From Clostridiaceae bacterium (GTDB lineage Bacteria > Bacillota > Clostridia > Saccharofermentanales > Fastidiosipilaceae), in NCBI GenBank assembly GCA_012800515.1, contig JAAZJE010000008.1, positions 1 to 42,813 on the forward strand: a DNA stretch of 42,813 nt. The letters are read 5' to 3'. Positions within the stretch are counted from its first letter, which is position 1. Each line of letters begins with the position of its first letter. Made by a program: the position numbers and the translations under genes. Positions 15,820 to 25,372 of this stretch are shown piece by piece. Under the pieces are notes generated by a model. It was not told the DNA's origin. It worked only from the letters and a program-made list of their open reading frames with translations, and made no database searches.

Positions 15820-17182
15820 TGCCAGCCTCCTCTCTCATACCTCTATCCGGGAAAAACCTGCGAATTCCCCGCGCCACCGCCGTTGCGGAAGCAAAGGCCC
15901 AATGCAGATTATAACCTCCGCACAGACCCGTAACATCAAGCAACTCTCCGCAAACAAATAGGCCGGAACCGGTCTTTGCCTCCAAGCTGGCGGAGAACTG
16001 TCCCAGCTTTAAACCGCCGATCGCGGTTTGAGCCGTGGCCATATCCGTTACCGCTATTATAGGACAAGTCAGCCCCAATATGAGTCTCCTCACCTCGTCA
16101 ATGAAATCCGGCAGTAGTTCGCCCAACTTTATGCGACTCAATATCTCCCACTTAGTCGCCTTTTCGTCCTCTGTTTCTTTACGCCGCAACTTATCCGGCG
16201 CTACTGTCGTCAGAGCCAGAGTGCAAAGATATTGCCGCAGTTTTTCCGGCAAAATCCCGGCAAAGGCCTCGGTAAGCGGACGCTCCGCCCGATGCACATA
16301 TTCGGAATGAAGCAGCTTTTCCAATTCTCTTTCCGGACGCTTCGGCCAAAAATTCAGTCGCAATTCCGGCTGATACTGCGTCATATACGGCGAAATGGCA
16401 CCAGCCACATTCAGAATCGGGATACCGGACAGGCCGTACTCGGTGAACAGAATTTCCCCGGTTTCCGCATAAATAATCTTCCCGTCGAGCGGACGGTCGT
16501 ACACCGATACCGCTGCTTGGACGCGGGTTCCGGCCAGGCGTCTGGCCGGATTGGCCAGCTTTAGGCGCGCCAGAGCCGGTGCAAACGGTCGTCCCATTCT
16601 CAGACCCGCACTCTCCCACAGTTCGGCGAGATTTTGCCAGCCGCTCAAATTGGGATCGGCCGGCCCACCGATTGCTATGACAACACAGGTAGCGCTATAA
16701 GATGCTCCGGAATCGGTACGGAGCGTATAGCCGGTACAGCCCGGTTGCGGGGCTTGCAGTTTCACAATTCGTGCCGGCTGTTCGATAACTATATTGGTAG
16801 AAAAAGCCGCATCGCGGAGCGTCAGTTGCAAAGACAGAGCCTGCAGACTGAGCGGATAAATCCGCCCGTCGATTGCGGTACAGGCCAGACCCAGATCAGC
16901 CATACGGCGTTGCAGGTCATTTGGAGTCAGTCCGGCCAAGACTTTTTCGATAATTCCCCGTGCCGCCGGATCGTTCCGGTCATAGAAATAATGATCCGCA
17001 TTTACTTCAACAGCGGAAAGATTGCCGCGCCCGTTGCCCGTCGCGGTCAGTTTGCGTCCGAGAATTTCCTGTTGTTCAAACAGGATCACTCGCAGATCGG
17101 TCTCGCGCAAATATGAGCACAAGAAAAGTCCGGCCGCGCCGCCACCGATTATCGCCACATCAAATAACCCAGTCTCCGGCAT
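15812..17182 (-). CDS. HI0933/YhiN/BaiN-family NAD(P)/FAD-dependent oxidoreductase
   Basis: Motifs: DVAIIGGGAAGL, GRKLTATGNGRGNLS, VVIAIGG, ILFTEYGLSGIPIL, GLFVCGELLDVTGLCGGYNLHWAFAS. Confidence 0.8.
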   Translation of the reverse strand: MPETGLFDVAIIGGGAAGLFLCSYLRETDLRVILFEQQEILGRKLTATGNGRGNLSAVEVNADHYFYDRNDPAARGIIEKVLAGLTPNDLQRRMADLGLACTAIDGRIYPLSLQALSLQLTLRDAAFSTNIVIEQPARIVKLQAPQPGCTGYTLRTDSGASYSATCVVIAIGGPADPNLSGWQNLAELWESAGLRMGRPFAPALARLKLANPARRLAGTRVQAAVSVYDRPLDGKIIYAETGEILFTEYGLSGIPILNVAGAISPYMTQYQPELRLNFWPKRPERELEKLLHSEYVHRAERPLTEAFAGILPEKLRQYLCTLALTTVAPDKLRRKETEDEKATKWEILSRIKLGELLPDFIDEVRRLILGLTCPIIAVTDMATAQTAIGGLKLGQFSASLEAKTGSGLFVCGELLDVTGLCGGYNLHWAFASATAVARGIRRFFPDRGMREEAGIA

Positions 17183-17192
17183 ACGACACCGT

Positions 17193-18458
17193 CTAGCGCA
17201 CGACTAAAATCCGCACTGCCTTATCCATTACACATATTGCATTGCCGCCGGAATCCACCCGACAGGCCAGAATTTCTCCCTCGAGATTGTATTCATCGGC
17301 AACATTCGGTCGGGAAACATCAATGCGCCGCAAGAGATTCGCCTGAGTCAGGACAACGAATTTTCCGCCGTTAGTAACCTGTCCGGGCAACTCACCCAGC
17401 GGCAGTCCCCTATTCAGCAAATCACGGGTCTGCTGAGCCGGCGTCGAACCGGTCGGCACCACTGTGATGGTTTCGGGCAACTTGATGCCGGCAAAGGAGG
17501 GTGTACCGTTCATCTCGGCACGGGCAACGAACCAGAAAGTGTCGCCGTTAATTCCGGCCGAATCAAAGCCGGCCGACTCGAGCCAATCATAGCTGATATT
17601 GTTACGAATAAGGCAAACATGGCGCGGCGAAACCGCGACCAGATTGTCCTCTCCATACGGATAAAGCAACAGATAAGGTTCCCGCGGCTCGGGGCGATAT
17701 TGGGCGACAATGCGCTCACGGGCCGAACGCGTAACGTCGAGGCAGGTTATCAAAGGTGTTGCCGGTACGTTGGCGGTATTGTACATGCTGACGAAGAGGC
17801 GGTCACCGGCGGAATTAAAGGCACTTGTCAAAATAAATCCGGACTTGCGATTGTCCCGCAGAGTCCAGTCAAAGATCAACTGACCTTCCGCATCCAGCAC
17901 CCGCAATACGCCGCGAGTGCCGAATTCATTAAGAACCAGGGCTATATTGCCGTTACCGCCCAGCGAGGCCGCCGCAATGACCTGGTCGGTTCGACCCGAA
18001 TACTGTAAATTCCGCTCGCGAAACACATAATAGCTGTGATTCTCGTAATCAAAGACCAGACCATAATCACCTTTTCTAACAAATTCCGGCTGACTCAGAC
18101 TAACATCGACGGAACCCTCGACTTTACCGTCCAGATTCAGAAATTCCAACTTGTCCGCACTGATGCGCAGGAGCAGATTATCCGTAAAGGGACGCAGACA
18201 CTCCGCTTCCGCCAGGGATAGATTGAAGCCGCCTTCGCCGATATAATCGCCGGGCTCAATTTGTAACGGATCTTTCTGCATATCGGGCAGGCGATACAGC
18301 ACCACTAAGGCGACCAGAAACAGAAAAAGCAACACGACCACCAGGATCGCCACGCCGCGGCGACCGGCAGTCGGGCTCACCGGCGGACGACCGGTCGATC
18401 GACTGTTTCTGTTTCCCCCGCTTTTTTGAACCGGAGGCCTAGTTCTCCGGGAAGTCAT
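17193..18458 (-). CDS. hypothetical membrane-anchored protein: basic N-terminal tail, one TM, about 360 aa extracytoplasmic beta-rich domain
   Basis: R/P-rich N-terminus followed by AILVVVLLFLFLVALVVLY. No motif I can assign; it may belong to a Clostridia DUF family. ATG 18458 overlaps the upstream gene by 20 nt. Confidence 0.55.
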   Translation of the reverse strand: MTSRRTRPPVQKSGGNRNSRSTGRPPVSPTAGRRGVAILVVVLLFLFLVALVVLYRLPDMQKDPLQIEPGDYIGEGGFNLSLAEAECLRPFTDNLLLRISADKLEFLNLDGKVEGSVDVSLSQPEFVRKGDYGLVFDYENHSYYVFRERNLQYSGRTDQVIAAASLGGNGNIALVLNEFGTRGVLRVLDAEGQLIFDWTLRDNRKSGFILTSAFNSAGDRLFVSMYNTANVPATPLITCLDVTRSARERIVAQYRPEPREPYLLLYPYGEDNLVAVSPRHVCLIRNNISYDWLESAGFDSAGINGDTFWFVARAEMNGTPSFAGIKLPETITVVPTGSTPAQQTRDLLNRGLPLGELPGQVTNGGKFVVLTQANLLRRIDVSRPNVADEYNLEGEILACRVDSGGNAICVMDKAVRILVVR

Positions 18459-20052
18459 AAACTCCGTCCACCGCCTTCTCCATCGCAGTCAACAGGCGCT
18501 CCGTTGCCGGATACAGACCGAGCGTAGAAGCGCGTTGATCCGTTAAATTGGATGCATTGTAGTACATTCCTATGTACTCATCGTCAACCACCATAAAATA
18601 TGAATGTTCGTCGCGCTTGTACAGTTTTACATCCTTATCGGGGTCGCCGTTTCGATGTTCGTAATGGAAGTGGAAATCAGGTGCGGCGCTCAGATCCGGC
18701 TCGTTTTCCAAATCCAAGCCGTCGGCAAGAATGCCGATAATCGCCGTATACCATTCTTTGAAGTAAGACTTATCTCTGCTGCTTGTGACATTGGCATCCG
18801 CGCCGTTGAGGATGAAATTTTCCTCCAAAGTATCGTCTTTCTCCTCCTCTTTGGGGGTCGGGACAAAAATCTCGGCCACATAAGTATTGCCGTCATAGGT
18901 CGCGGTTAGCTTTTTGACGTGGAAAATACCCTGCAGAGCCGCCCAGCGGTCGAACAAACGTTCCGGGCTCACATCCAAATTCGCCGTGGCGTCGGAGGAC
19001 ACCCGGAAAACCGCATCGTTATTACTGGCGATCGCATAGAAATTTCCGTCGCCGGAAGCATCGCCGATTTTAATCTCCAGGCTTCGGCTGCCGTCGGTCA
19101 GAACGATGCTATAGGCCGGGTCATTCAGACCATAGCGCGCCAAATCGGACGGGTTATACTCGACAAAATTGACGGCGGAAAGATTAATCAGTTGCGACAC
19201 CAAAGTTTGCAGATTATCGACGTCGACCTTGCGCTCCATGGGACGCAAAGCATCCCAATACAGGGCAATCTGCCCCTCCGTCTTGTAATGCTCATCGGAC
19301 TTTCGGTCGTTCGGATCGGCCGGCGTAGGATCATAGGGGTGTGCCCGGGCGACAAAATCGAACTGGTCCGCTTTTCGTTTCAGCTCAATCGTTGCCCAAT
19401 CCTCGACCGGGAAAGGAATGATTTTCTTGTCCAAATAATCCAATATCGAGTTCTGCATTCTGTCGACAACCGAAGTAACCGTACAGACACGGGAGTTGCT
19501 CGCATCGCGGGCGTAGAACTGACTGGCTCCGGGGACCTCCTTACCGATCAACACCTCGTGCTTGTTACCGTTTTTGAGAGTGTAGATAATCCTATTTTTT
19601 GAACTCTCCAGGCCGAATTGTGCCAGATTATCGGAATTATCCGTGATCTCCTGCACGTTCGATACCACCAACAGACCCTCCGCCGTTGACTTAAGAAGAG
19701 ATTCGTTAACGCGGGCATCCTCATAGCCCTGCAAAGTCCAGGCGACATCCGGTTGCGGAGTCGGGCGCGGAGTCGGCGAAGCAGTCGCGGCCGGGTTCGT
19801 GGCCACCGGCGGTAAAGTCGGCTGATATGACGATGCCAGGTAAACCAGATGATTGTCGCCGTAAAAGACTTCGATGCTACGCACCTCTTCTTTCTTAACC
19901 TGAAGCACCGGAGCACGCTGTTCCGAGCTTAGGGTCGTGCCAGTCGTCTGCTTCGGCTTGCCGCCCAGGTTGAAGACGGATACCAAAGTCAAGGCGACTA
20001 TGAGCACGGCCAAAACGACCGACAAAATGATGATCTTGCGCTTTTGTTTCAT
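18439..20052 (-). CDS. DUF4340-like protein (accessory component of GldG-type ABC systems), N-terminal TM anchor
   Basis: Start taken at ATG 20052 (MKQKRKIIILSVVLAVLIV). Assigned from its position immediately after a GldG-like gene and from its architecture: one TM, a Pro/Thr linker and a large extracytoplasmic domain. Not confirmed by a motif. Confidence 0.5.
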   Translation of the reverse strand: MKQKRKIIILSVVLAVLIVALTLVSVFNLGGKPKQTTGTTLSSEQRAPVLQVKKEEVRSIEVFYGDNHLVYLASSYQPTLPPVATNPAATASPTPRPTPQPDVAWTLQGYEDARVNESLLKSTAEGLLVVSNVQEITDNSDNLAQFGLESSKNRIIYTLKNGNKHEVLIGKEVPGASQFYARDASNSRVCTVTSVVDRMQNSILDYLDKKIIPFPVEDWATIELKRKADQFDFVARAHPYDPTPADPNDRKSDEHYKTEGQIALYWDALRPMERKVDVDNLQTLVSQLINLSAVNFVEYNPSDLARYGLNDPAYSIVLTDGSRSLEIKIGDASGDGNFYAIASNNDAVFRVSSDATANLDVSPERLFDRWAALQGIFHVKKLTATYDGNTYVAEIFVPTPKEEEKDDTLEENFILNGADANVTSSRDKSYFKEWYTAIIGILADGLDLENEPDLSAAPDFHFHYEHRNGDPDKDVKLYKRDEHSYFMVVDDEYIGMYYNASNLTDQRASTLGLYPATERLLTAMEKAVDGVYDFPEN

Positions 20053-20074
20053 GATTCGCACTCACCGCCTTTCG

Positions 20075-21832
20075 TTACAGGCGCTTGCGGCGCGAGCGGA
20101 CCACCAGACCGATAATCAGTAGGACCAACGGTATTACCAGTGCCGACAGTGAAGCAACGAGGTTAATCACCGAGGTATTGTTATAATTTATAGAGTAAGA
20201 TACCAGCGGCTTGGTCTGAATATACATTTGCGTATTAGTTGACTCGGAACGTCCCAACCAGGAGGCTGCGTAGTAGAAAGTACCGGTATTGATGATATTC
20301 GGCGACAGGCCCAGCGTCGAGTCGGTCAGCCAGCTGTCATTACCGCTGATGACAGCCCGAGCGCCTTTGGTAACACTCTTACCGTCCACACGACCCATAT
20401 TTTCACTCGACATGACTATCGACTGTCTGCCCTCATCCGAGATCCGCTCCTTATCGCCGTCCAATTCGAGAGTTCCTCTGGGCGAGGTCACGATGACAGC
20501 CTCGGTTGTAATCCAATCGCGGGCATTATTGCCGGCGATAATCGAGCGCGACGGCCCGGTCATATAGAGAGCGTTCTCAATCTGATCGTCATAGATCGAG
20601 CTGCGCTCCAGCGTCGCCAGGAACACGTACGGATCATTGTATTCCGCCCGACCGGTATTGGGATTATAGCGCGGCAGACGCCAGTCTTGATTCTCTTCCC
20701 TAATCCGATCACCGGTAATTTGCAGGTTAAAGACATCCAGAAGCAGGGAATTAAAATTAACGAAGGTCTGAATATTCGGCTCCGTCGTAATAAACAGAGA
20801 GCCGCCGCGGTTCAGGTAGTCCTTGTAGGAATGTACCTCATCGCTGGAAATATCATATTGGGGATTGAAAAGTATCAATACCGTTGCGTCATCGGGAATC
20901 GGTTGGCCGGTCGAAGTGTTGAGACTCTTCACGTCGAAGTTATTGTTTACCAGCAAGGAGTTCAACAACGAGTATTTTTCGTCAACCGGAGTCTCGTTAT
21001 GTCCGGAAACAAAATATACGACCGGGATATTCGTGGTCGAAACATATTTGATCGCGCCGCTGATCTGCGCCTCGGCCTGATAGGCCACGGGAATGGTCTG
21101 CATGTACTGTTGGTTGAATTCGTATTTTACCAGCGAGCCGGCGGGCACTACCTTGAGCCGATTATTGCTCTTATTCCTCACAACCAGATTTCCCTCGGCC
21201 AGGCTCTGCAGACCACTGGGATCGATTTCCTTGACCAGATCGGGATTTCTGATAATGTCCGCATAGCGGATCGTCAGACGCTCGCCGGAATTGAGTTTGT
21301 ACTGATTCAACAGGTCGGGAACAAAGGCCAGTGATACCTTGCTGATGCGCCGCAAATACCCCGGGAATGCATCTTCGGTAGTCAAAATGACAATCTCTAA
21401 ATCGTCCTCCAGGCCGCTCAGCAGTTCCAGCGAAGCTTTGTCCAGGGTAAAGCTCTTATTGGCGGTCCAATCCCATTTCCATTCCTGTCCTACGCCCTCG
21501 AGTGCCAGATTCAGAACCAGAACTATCGCTATAACAATAATAATCGTCAATGTTGAAAAGCGACCCAAGCGCTTATTGCGCTTGTCGACTTCCCGCCCTC
21601 TCGCCTTTCGTGCGGCCTTCCTGCCGGAGCGCTTCCGCTCCTCGATTTCAGGTTTCTCCTCGATTTCGCTCTCAGGCTCCGCGGTAACGGGAGTTTCCGC
21701 CGCTGCGTCTGCGGCTTCCGCAGTTTCCGCAAGATTCTGATCTACGACCGATTCTGTCTGAGTGATGTTGTCGAAAGAGGCGGATTCTTTGTCCGCGACC
21801 GGCTTTATAATATTTTCCAACTTAAACAACAT
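20075..21832 (-). CDS. GldG-like 'ABC-type uncharacterized transport system' auxiliary protein
   Basis: GGAGG 8 nt upstream. Bitopic, with TM segments near residue 95 and at the C-terminus. Has the VVYFVSGHNE motif (GHGE-like) typical of the GldG N-terminal domain. Carries an unusual acidic-then-basic cytoplasmic head of about 90 aa. Confidence 0.65.
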   Translation of the reverse strand: MLFKLENIIKPVADKESASFDNITQTESVVDQNLAETAEAADAAAETPVTAEPESEIEEKPEIEERKRSGRKAARKARGREVDKRNKRLGRFSTLTIIIVIAIVLVLNLALEGVGQEWKWDWTANKSFTLDKASLELLSGLEDDLEIVILTTEDAFPGYLRRISKVSLAFVPDLLNQYKLNSGERLTIRYADIIRNPDLVKEIDPSGLQSLAEGNLVVRNKSNNRLKVVPAGSLVKYEFNQQYMQTIPVAYQAEAQISGAIKYVSTTNIPVVYFVSGHNETPVDEKYSLLNSLLVNNNFDVKSLNTSTGQPIPDDATVLILFNPQYDISSDEVHSYKDYLNRGGSLFITTEPNIQTFVNFNSLLLDVFNLQITGDRIREENQDWRLPRYNPNTGRAEYNDPYVFLATLERSSIYDDQIENALYMTGPSRSIIAGNNARDWITTEAVIVTSPRGTLELDGDKERISDEGRQSIVMSSENMGRVDGKSVTKGARAVISGNDSWLTDSTLGLSPNIINTGTFYYAASWLGRSESTNTQMYIQTKPLVSYSINYNNTSVINLVASLSALVIPLVLLIIGLVVRSRRKRL

Positions 21833-21860
21833 AAGTAATACCTCCGTCTATGCCTGCACG

Positions 21861-22649
21861 CTATTTCTGAGTCCAGCGCCGCTTTTCGATTGCGCGGGTG
21901 GTAAAGAATAGGAACAGGAACGCATAACTGAGCAGGAAGATAAACGGCAGAATGGAGAATACACCCTCCGTGTAGGTCGCCACTCGGTTGGACGGGGTCA
22001 ACCAACTGATCGCCTTCTCCACCGCGGCGCCGGCATCAATCGCGCCCTGCGACTTGATCACATTCGCAAAGTCGATGGCGCCCAGGAAAGTGGTGATGAA
22101 AGACCCGACCATCTGGGCGAAAGTATCCATCAGGATAAAGAGGAAAAAGACAACGACCGATACCACCGCGGCCACGACCTGGTTTTCGGCGATGGCGGAG
22201 AAGAAGGTTCCGATTGCAATGTAGGCCATGGCGGTTAGGTAAAGGGCGATAAATGTCGACCAGTCCGCGGGATGGATCCTGCCGCCCATCAGATATCCGA
22301 TCAGCATATGCAGCCAAATCGAAGAGGTCATGAGCAGGAACATTGTGCAGGCGGCGAGATACTTGCCCATAACGATTTCCCAGACCGAGGCCGGAGACGT
22401 GTAGAGCAGGACTTCTGTGCCGTTACGGCGCTCCTCGGTAAATATTTTCATGGTCAAGATCGGAATAAACATGACAAAGAGCGACTGCATGAATTGCATC
22501 TCGCCCGCCATGAAAAAGCCGCGGGCCAATAGGTTGATTGAGAAATAAAAACTGCTCAGTCCGAAAAATATCGCTATCAGAACCCAGCCTGTTGCCGATT
22601 TAAAGTAGGATAGCAGTTCACGCTGAAAAATTGCTTCTAGACGCTTCAT
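21861..22649 (-). CDS. ABC-2 type transporter permease (GldF-like)
   Basis: 262 aa with six hydrophobic spans, directly downstream of the ABC ATPase. Confidence 0.75.
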   Translation of the reverse strand: MKRLEAIFQRELLSYFKSATGWVLIAIFFGLSSFYFSINLLARGFFMAGEMQFMQSLFVMFIPILTMKIFTEERRNGTEVLLYTSPASVWEIVMGKYLAACTMFLLMTSSIWLHMLIGYLMGGRIHPADWSTFIALYLTAMAYIAIGTFFSAIAENQVVAAVVSVVVFFLFILMDTFAQMVGSFITTFLGAIDFANVIKSQGAIDAGAAVEKAISWLTPSNRVATYTEGVFSILPFIFLLSYAFLFLFFTTRAIEKRRWTQK

Positions 22650-22661
22650 ATTGAACCTCTC

Positions 22662-23654
22662 TTATGCATTGCCTATATTCGCGTTCTGAGCCGTAGCGAT
22701 ATCGTCGGGCGATGCCGGAGCTCCGCCCGTGACTCGGAGGAAGATGTCCTCCAGAGTCGGCTCAACGGAACGCATCGCCAAAATAGGCCAGGCCATGCGT
22801 GACATTTCGTAGAAAACAGCTCGCCGCACGTCGCGTCCCTCGACCGCCTCAATGTGAAAAAATGCTACTGTTGTGCCTGGCTTAGCGGGCATCTGCGTTA
22901 CATTTTTTACACCGTCGATCTGACGCAATTTGGGTAGCGCCTGCCGAGCCGGGGCATCAACCGCGATTTCTATATCCTCAGCCGTCTCGGTATAGCCGGA
23001 CAGGGAGGAGACAGGACCGACATTGACGATCTTGCCGCGATTGATAATTATTGCCCGGTCGCAAACCGCGCTGACCTCAGGAAGAATATGTGAACTCAGG
23101 ATAATCGTGTGGGATTTGCCGAGTTCCTTGATCAGATTACGTACATCGATAATCTGGCGCGGATCCAAGCCGTTCGTCGGCTCGTCAAGAACCAGAACCG
23201 CCGGCCGACCGACCAGTGCCTGAGCCAGGCCGACCCTCTGACGGTAGCCCTTGGACAGGTTGCCGATCAGCCGATCCATCACATCCGTGATCCAGACTCG
23301 CTTCATAATGATCGATAAATGTTCCGCCTGATCATGCTTCGGAACGCCTTTCAGGTTGCAGACAAAGCGCAGATACTCCAACACAGTCATGTCCAGATAT
23401 AGAGGAGGATGCTCCGGCAGATAGCCGATATGTGAGCGTGCCTCCGCCGGTTCCTCCAAGATATCATAACCGTTTACTTTGACCACACCTGACGTTGCCG
23501 AAATGTAACCGGTAAGAATGTTCATCGTTGTCGTCTTACCGGCTCCGTTCGGTCCCAAAAAACCGAGAATTTCTCCTTCCTCAACACGGAAGGTAATGTC
23601 ATCCACGGCTTTGTTGTCGCCATAGTATTTGACCAGATTGTTGATCTCTATCAT
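22662..23654 (-). CDS. ABC transporter ATP-binding protein (GldA-like, ABC-2 subfamily)
   Basis: Walker A GPNGAGKTT, signature LSKGYRQRVGLAQAL, Walker B VLVLDEPTNGLD, H-loop SSHIL. GGAGG RBS. Confidence 0.9.
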   Translation of the reverse strand: MIEINNLVKYYGDNKAVDDITFRVEEGEILGFLGPNGAGKTTTMNILTGYISATSGVVKVNGYDILEEPAEARSHIGYLPEHPPLYLDMTVLEYLRFVCNLKGVPKHDQAEHLSIIMKRVWITDVMDRLIGNLSKGYRQRVGLAQALVGRPAVLVLDEPTNGLDPRQIIDVRNLIKELGKSHTIILSSHILPEVSAVCDRAIIINRGKIVNVGPVSSLSGYTETAEDIEIAVDAPARQALPKLRQIDGVKNVTQMPAKPGTTVAFFHIEAVEGRDVRRAVFYEMSRMAWPILAMRSVEPTLEDIFLRVTGGAPASPDDIATAQNANIGNA

Positions 23655-23723
23655 ATCGGTTGGGCCTCCATTTTAAGCTAAACATAGTCACACTATTCCC
23701 AGCCCCGTAGGGAATACCAGTGT

Positions 23724-23752
23724 ATTATAGCGCATGCACCCCGGATCGCCAA
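23724..23752 (-). promoter_or_regulatory. putative sigma-70-type promoter of the ABC/GldG-like operon
   Basis: The minus strand reads TTGGCG, a 17-nt spacer, then TATAAT. This leaves a leader of about 60 nt before ATG 23654 that contains the hairpin TATTCCC...GGGAATA. Confidence 0.5.
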
Positions 23753-23818
23753 ATTAGCTTGCTTTAATGGTGGCAAAGTTCAACTTAGCCGGAGCCGTCC
23801 GAACATTTTCCGCTAATC

Positions 23819-24751
23819 TTATGCTTTTGTCAACAATACGCGGCTACGGAAGCAGGCTTCGCCGGGTGATTCGTCCGCATTCGTCGCCGGTTCGCGTTTT
23901 TCTCCGAATAACAAAGCCACTCTGTCAACCGGGAGGCTCCCCATGACGTCGACCGGCGTAATCTCCGTGCGCGGCGACAATTCCAAGACCTCCCCGTAAG
24001 TCGAAATTTGCGTACCGTGCACGGCCTCGCTCAGATAGGAAATATCGATGCCGGTCACGCGCCCGTTCGTGCCCTTCACATTATCGAAGCGGTCGGCGAT
24101 ACGATTGCCGTAGGCCGTGTTATTCATATGTCCGTTGCGGTCGATCTCGGAAAAGTACACCGGTCTGTTCTCGCGGGGAATCGTCCGATGGCAATTGCCG
24201 GGCTGAGCCAAAACGCTTTTCGGCAAATCCCAATCGGCGGGGCGCAGCGCATCCATTTGGAAGCGCAAGCGTTGGCGCATCGGTCGCCATAAAGGAGGAT
24301 TCGGACGGGCAATCGGGAACATTGAACTTAGTCCGCTCGCCGGAACAGGGCGTTTCGTAGCCCGGTCAATGATAAACCAGCCGGCATTTACCGCGATTAT
24401 GCAACGCCCCTCCGCATCAACTACAACCGTATCACGACTGAAAATCACTCGCTCGACATCATTTACCCAGGTTATAAATTTAATCCGTTCATTCCGACGG
24501 GGCAAACGAAGATTCCGCAGACAGTTCCAGGCCAGATACCAACGCATAGTGGACGAAAAACCGTGCTCTTCCGGCCGCGCCCTATGAATATAGGCCTGAT
24601 TGGCTGTCTCCTGAATCAGCAGGAGTAATATGCCGAGATGTAGCTCATCGTGGCAGTCGACAAAGGCATCGAGCACGTCCACCGGCCAGATCGTCGCAAA
24701 CTCCTCAACCTGCCCCCAGAGCTCGGTCTGATAGAAATTGGATATATCCAT
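23819..24751 (-). CDS. acyl-[acyl-carrier-protein] thioesterase (double hot-dog, FatA/B-like)
   Basis: Start moved to ATG 24751 (GAGG upstream), which removes the R/C-rich listed N-terminus that overlaps the upstream gene. Motifs: WYLAWNCLRNLRLPRRNERIKFITWV, AGWFIIDRATKRP, VYFSEIDRNGHMNNTAY. Confidence 0.7.
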   Translation of the reverse strand: MDISNFYQTELWGQVEEFATIWPVDVLDAFVDCHDELHLGILLLLIQETANQAYIHRARPEEHGFSSTMRWYLAWNCLRNLRLPRRNERIKFITWVNDVERVIFSRDTVVVDAEGRCIIAVNAGWFIIDRATKRPVPASGLSSMFPIARPNPPLWRPMRQRLRFQMDALRPADWDLPKSVLAQPGNCHRTIPRENRPVYFSEIDRNGHMNNTAYGNRIADRFDNVKGTNGRVTGIDISYLSEAVHGTQISTYGEVLELSPRTEITPVDVMGSLPVDRVALLFGEKREPATNADESPGEACFRSRVLLTKA

Positions 24752-24776
24752 ATATTGCCTCGTCCCGGACGTCGGT

Positions 24777-25358
24777 TCAGTTCGACCGACTTTCGGTTCG
24801 GCGGTGAATCTGCGGCAGATAGCGCACCTTAGAGGGCGAGTGCCGACGCAACCCCTCCAACATGCGCGTATCGGGCTCAAAAGTCACCAGCGTCGGTTGA
24901 TTGCGATTCAGACAGGCCAGTTGCCACAGATCGACATCCGGTAGTCCGGAGGTTGCATCGAGTTTCTTATAACGTTCGTTATTTACATACGGCCTCATTT
25001 CCGCTTCCCCAGCCTTAGTCATTAATTCAATATCTTCCGGAACAATCCTTAAAACGCGCTTGCGTCGCTGGCGATTGATAATCAGGTCGATATCCAACGC
25101 CCCGTTGGTGACGATATACTCGTACTCACGATTCGTCATTATCATCAGGCGCCAGGCTCCGTACATAACAGCGGCGACCCCGAGCGGAATCAGAAAGGTG
25201 AATATAGGGAACAGCATACCTATGAATAAAACGAGCCCGATAAGCACAAATACTCCCAATATACTGCCGATTATAATTAGATAGTCAGTTTTCTTCTTTT
25301 TCTGCTTAACGATCTTTTCCAAAAAGACGTCTTCTTTTCTGTCTAAATTCGTAAACAT
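24777..25358 (-). CDS. hypothetical small membrane protein (two TM segments plus a C-terminal soluble region)
   Basis: A K-rich N-terminus is followed by two hydrophobic spans and then REYEYIVTNGALDIDLI. No function assignable. Confidence 0.55.
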   Translation of the reverse strand: MFTNLDRKEDVFLEKIVKQKKKKTDYLIIIGSILGVFVLIGLVLFIGMLFPIFTFLIPLGVAAVMYGAWRLMIMTNREYEYIVTNGALDIDLIINRQRRKRVLRIVPEDIELMTKAGEAEMRPYVNNERYKKLDATSGLPDVDLWQLACLNRNQPTLVTFEPDTRMLEGLRRHSPSKVRYLPQIHRRTESRSN

Positions 25359-25372
25359 ACATCGCCTCCCAA

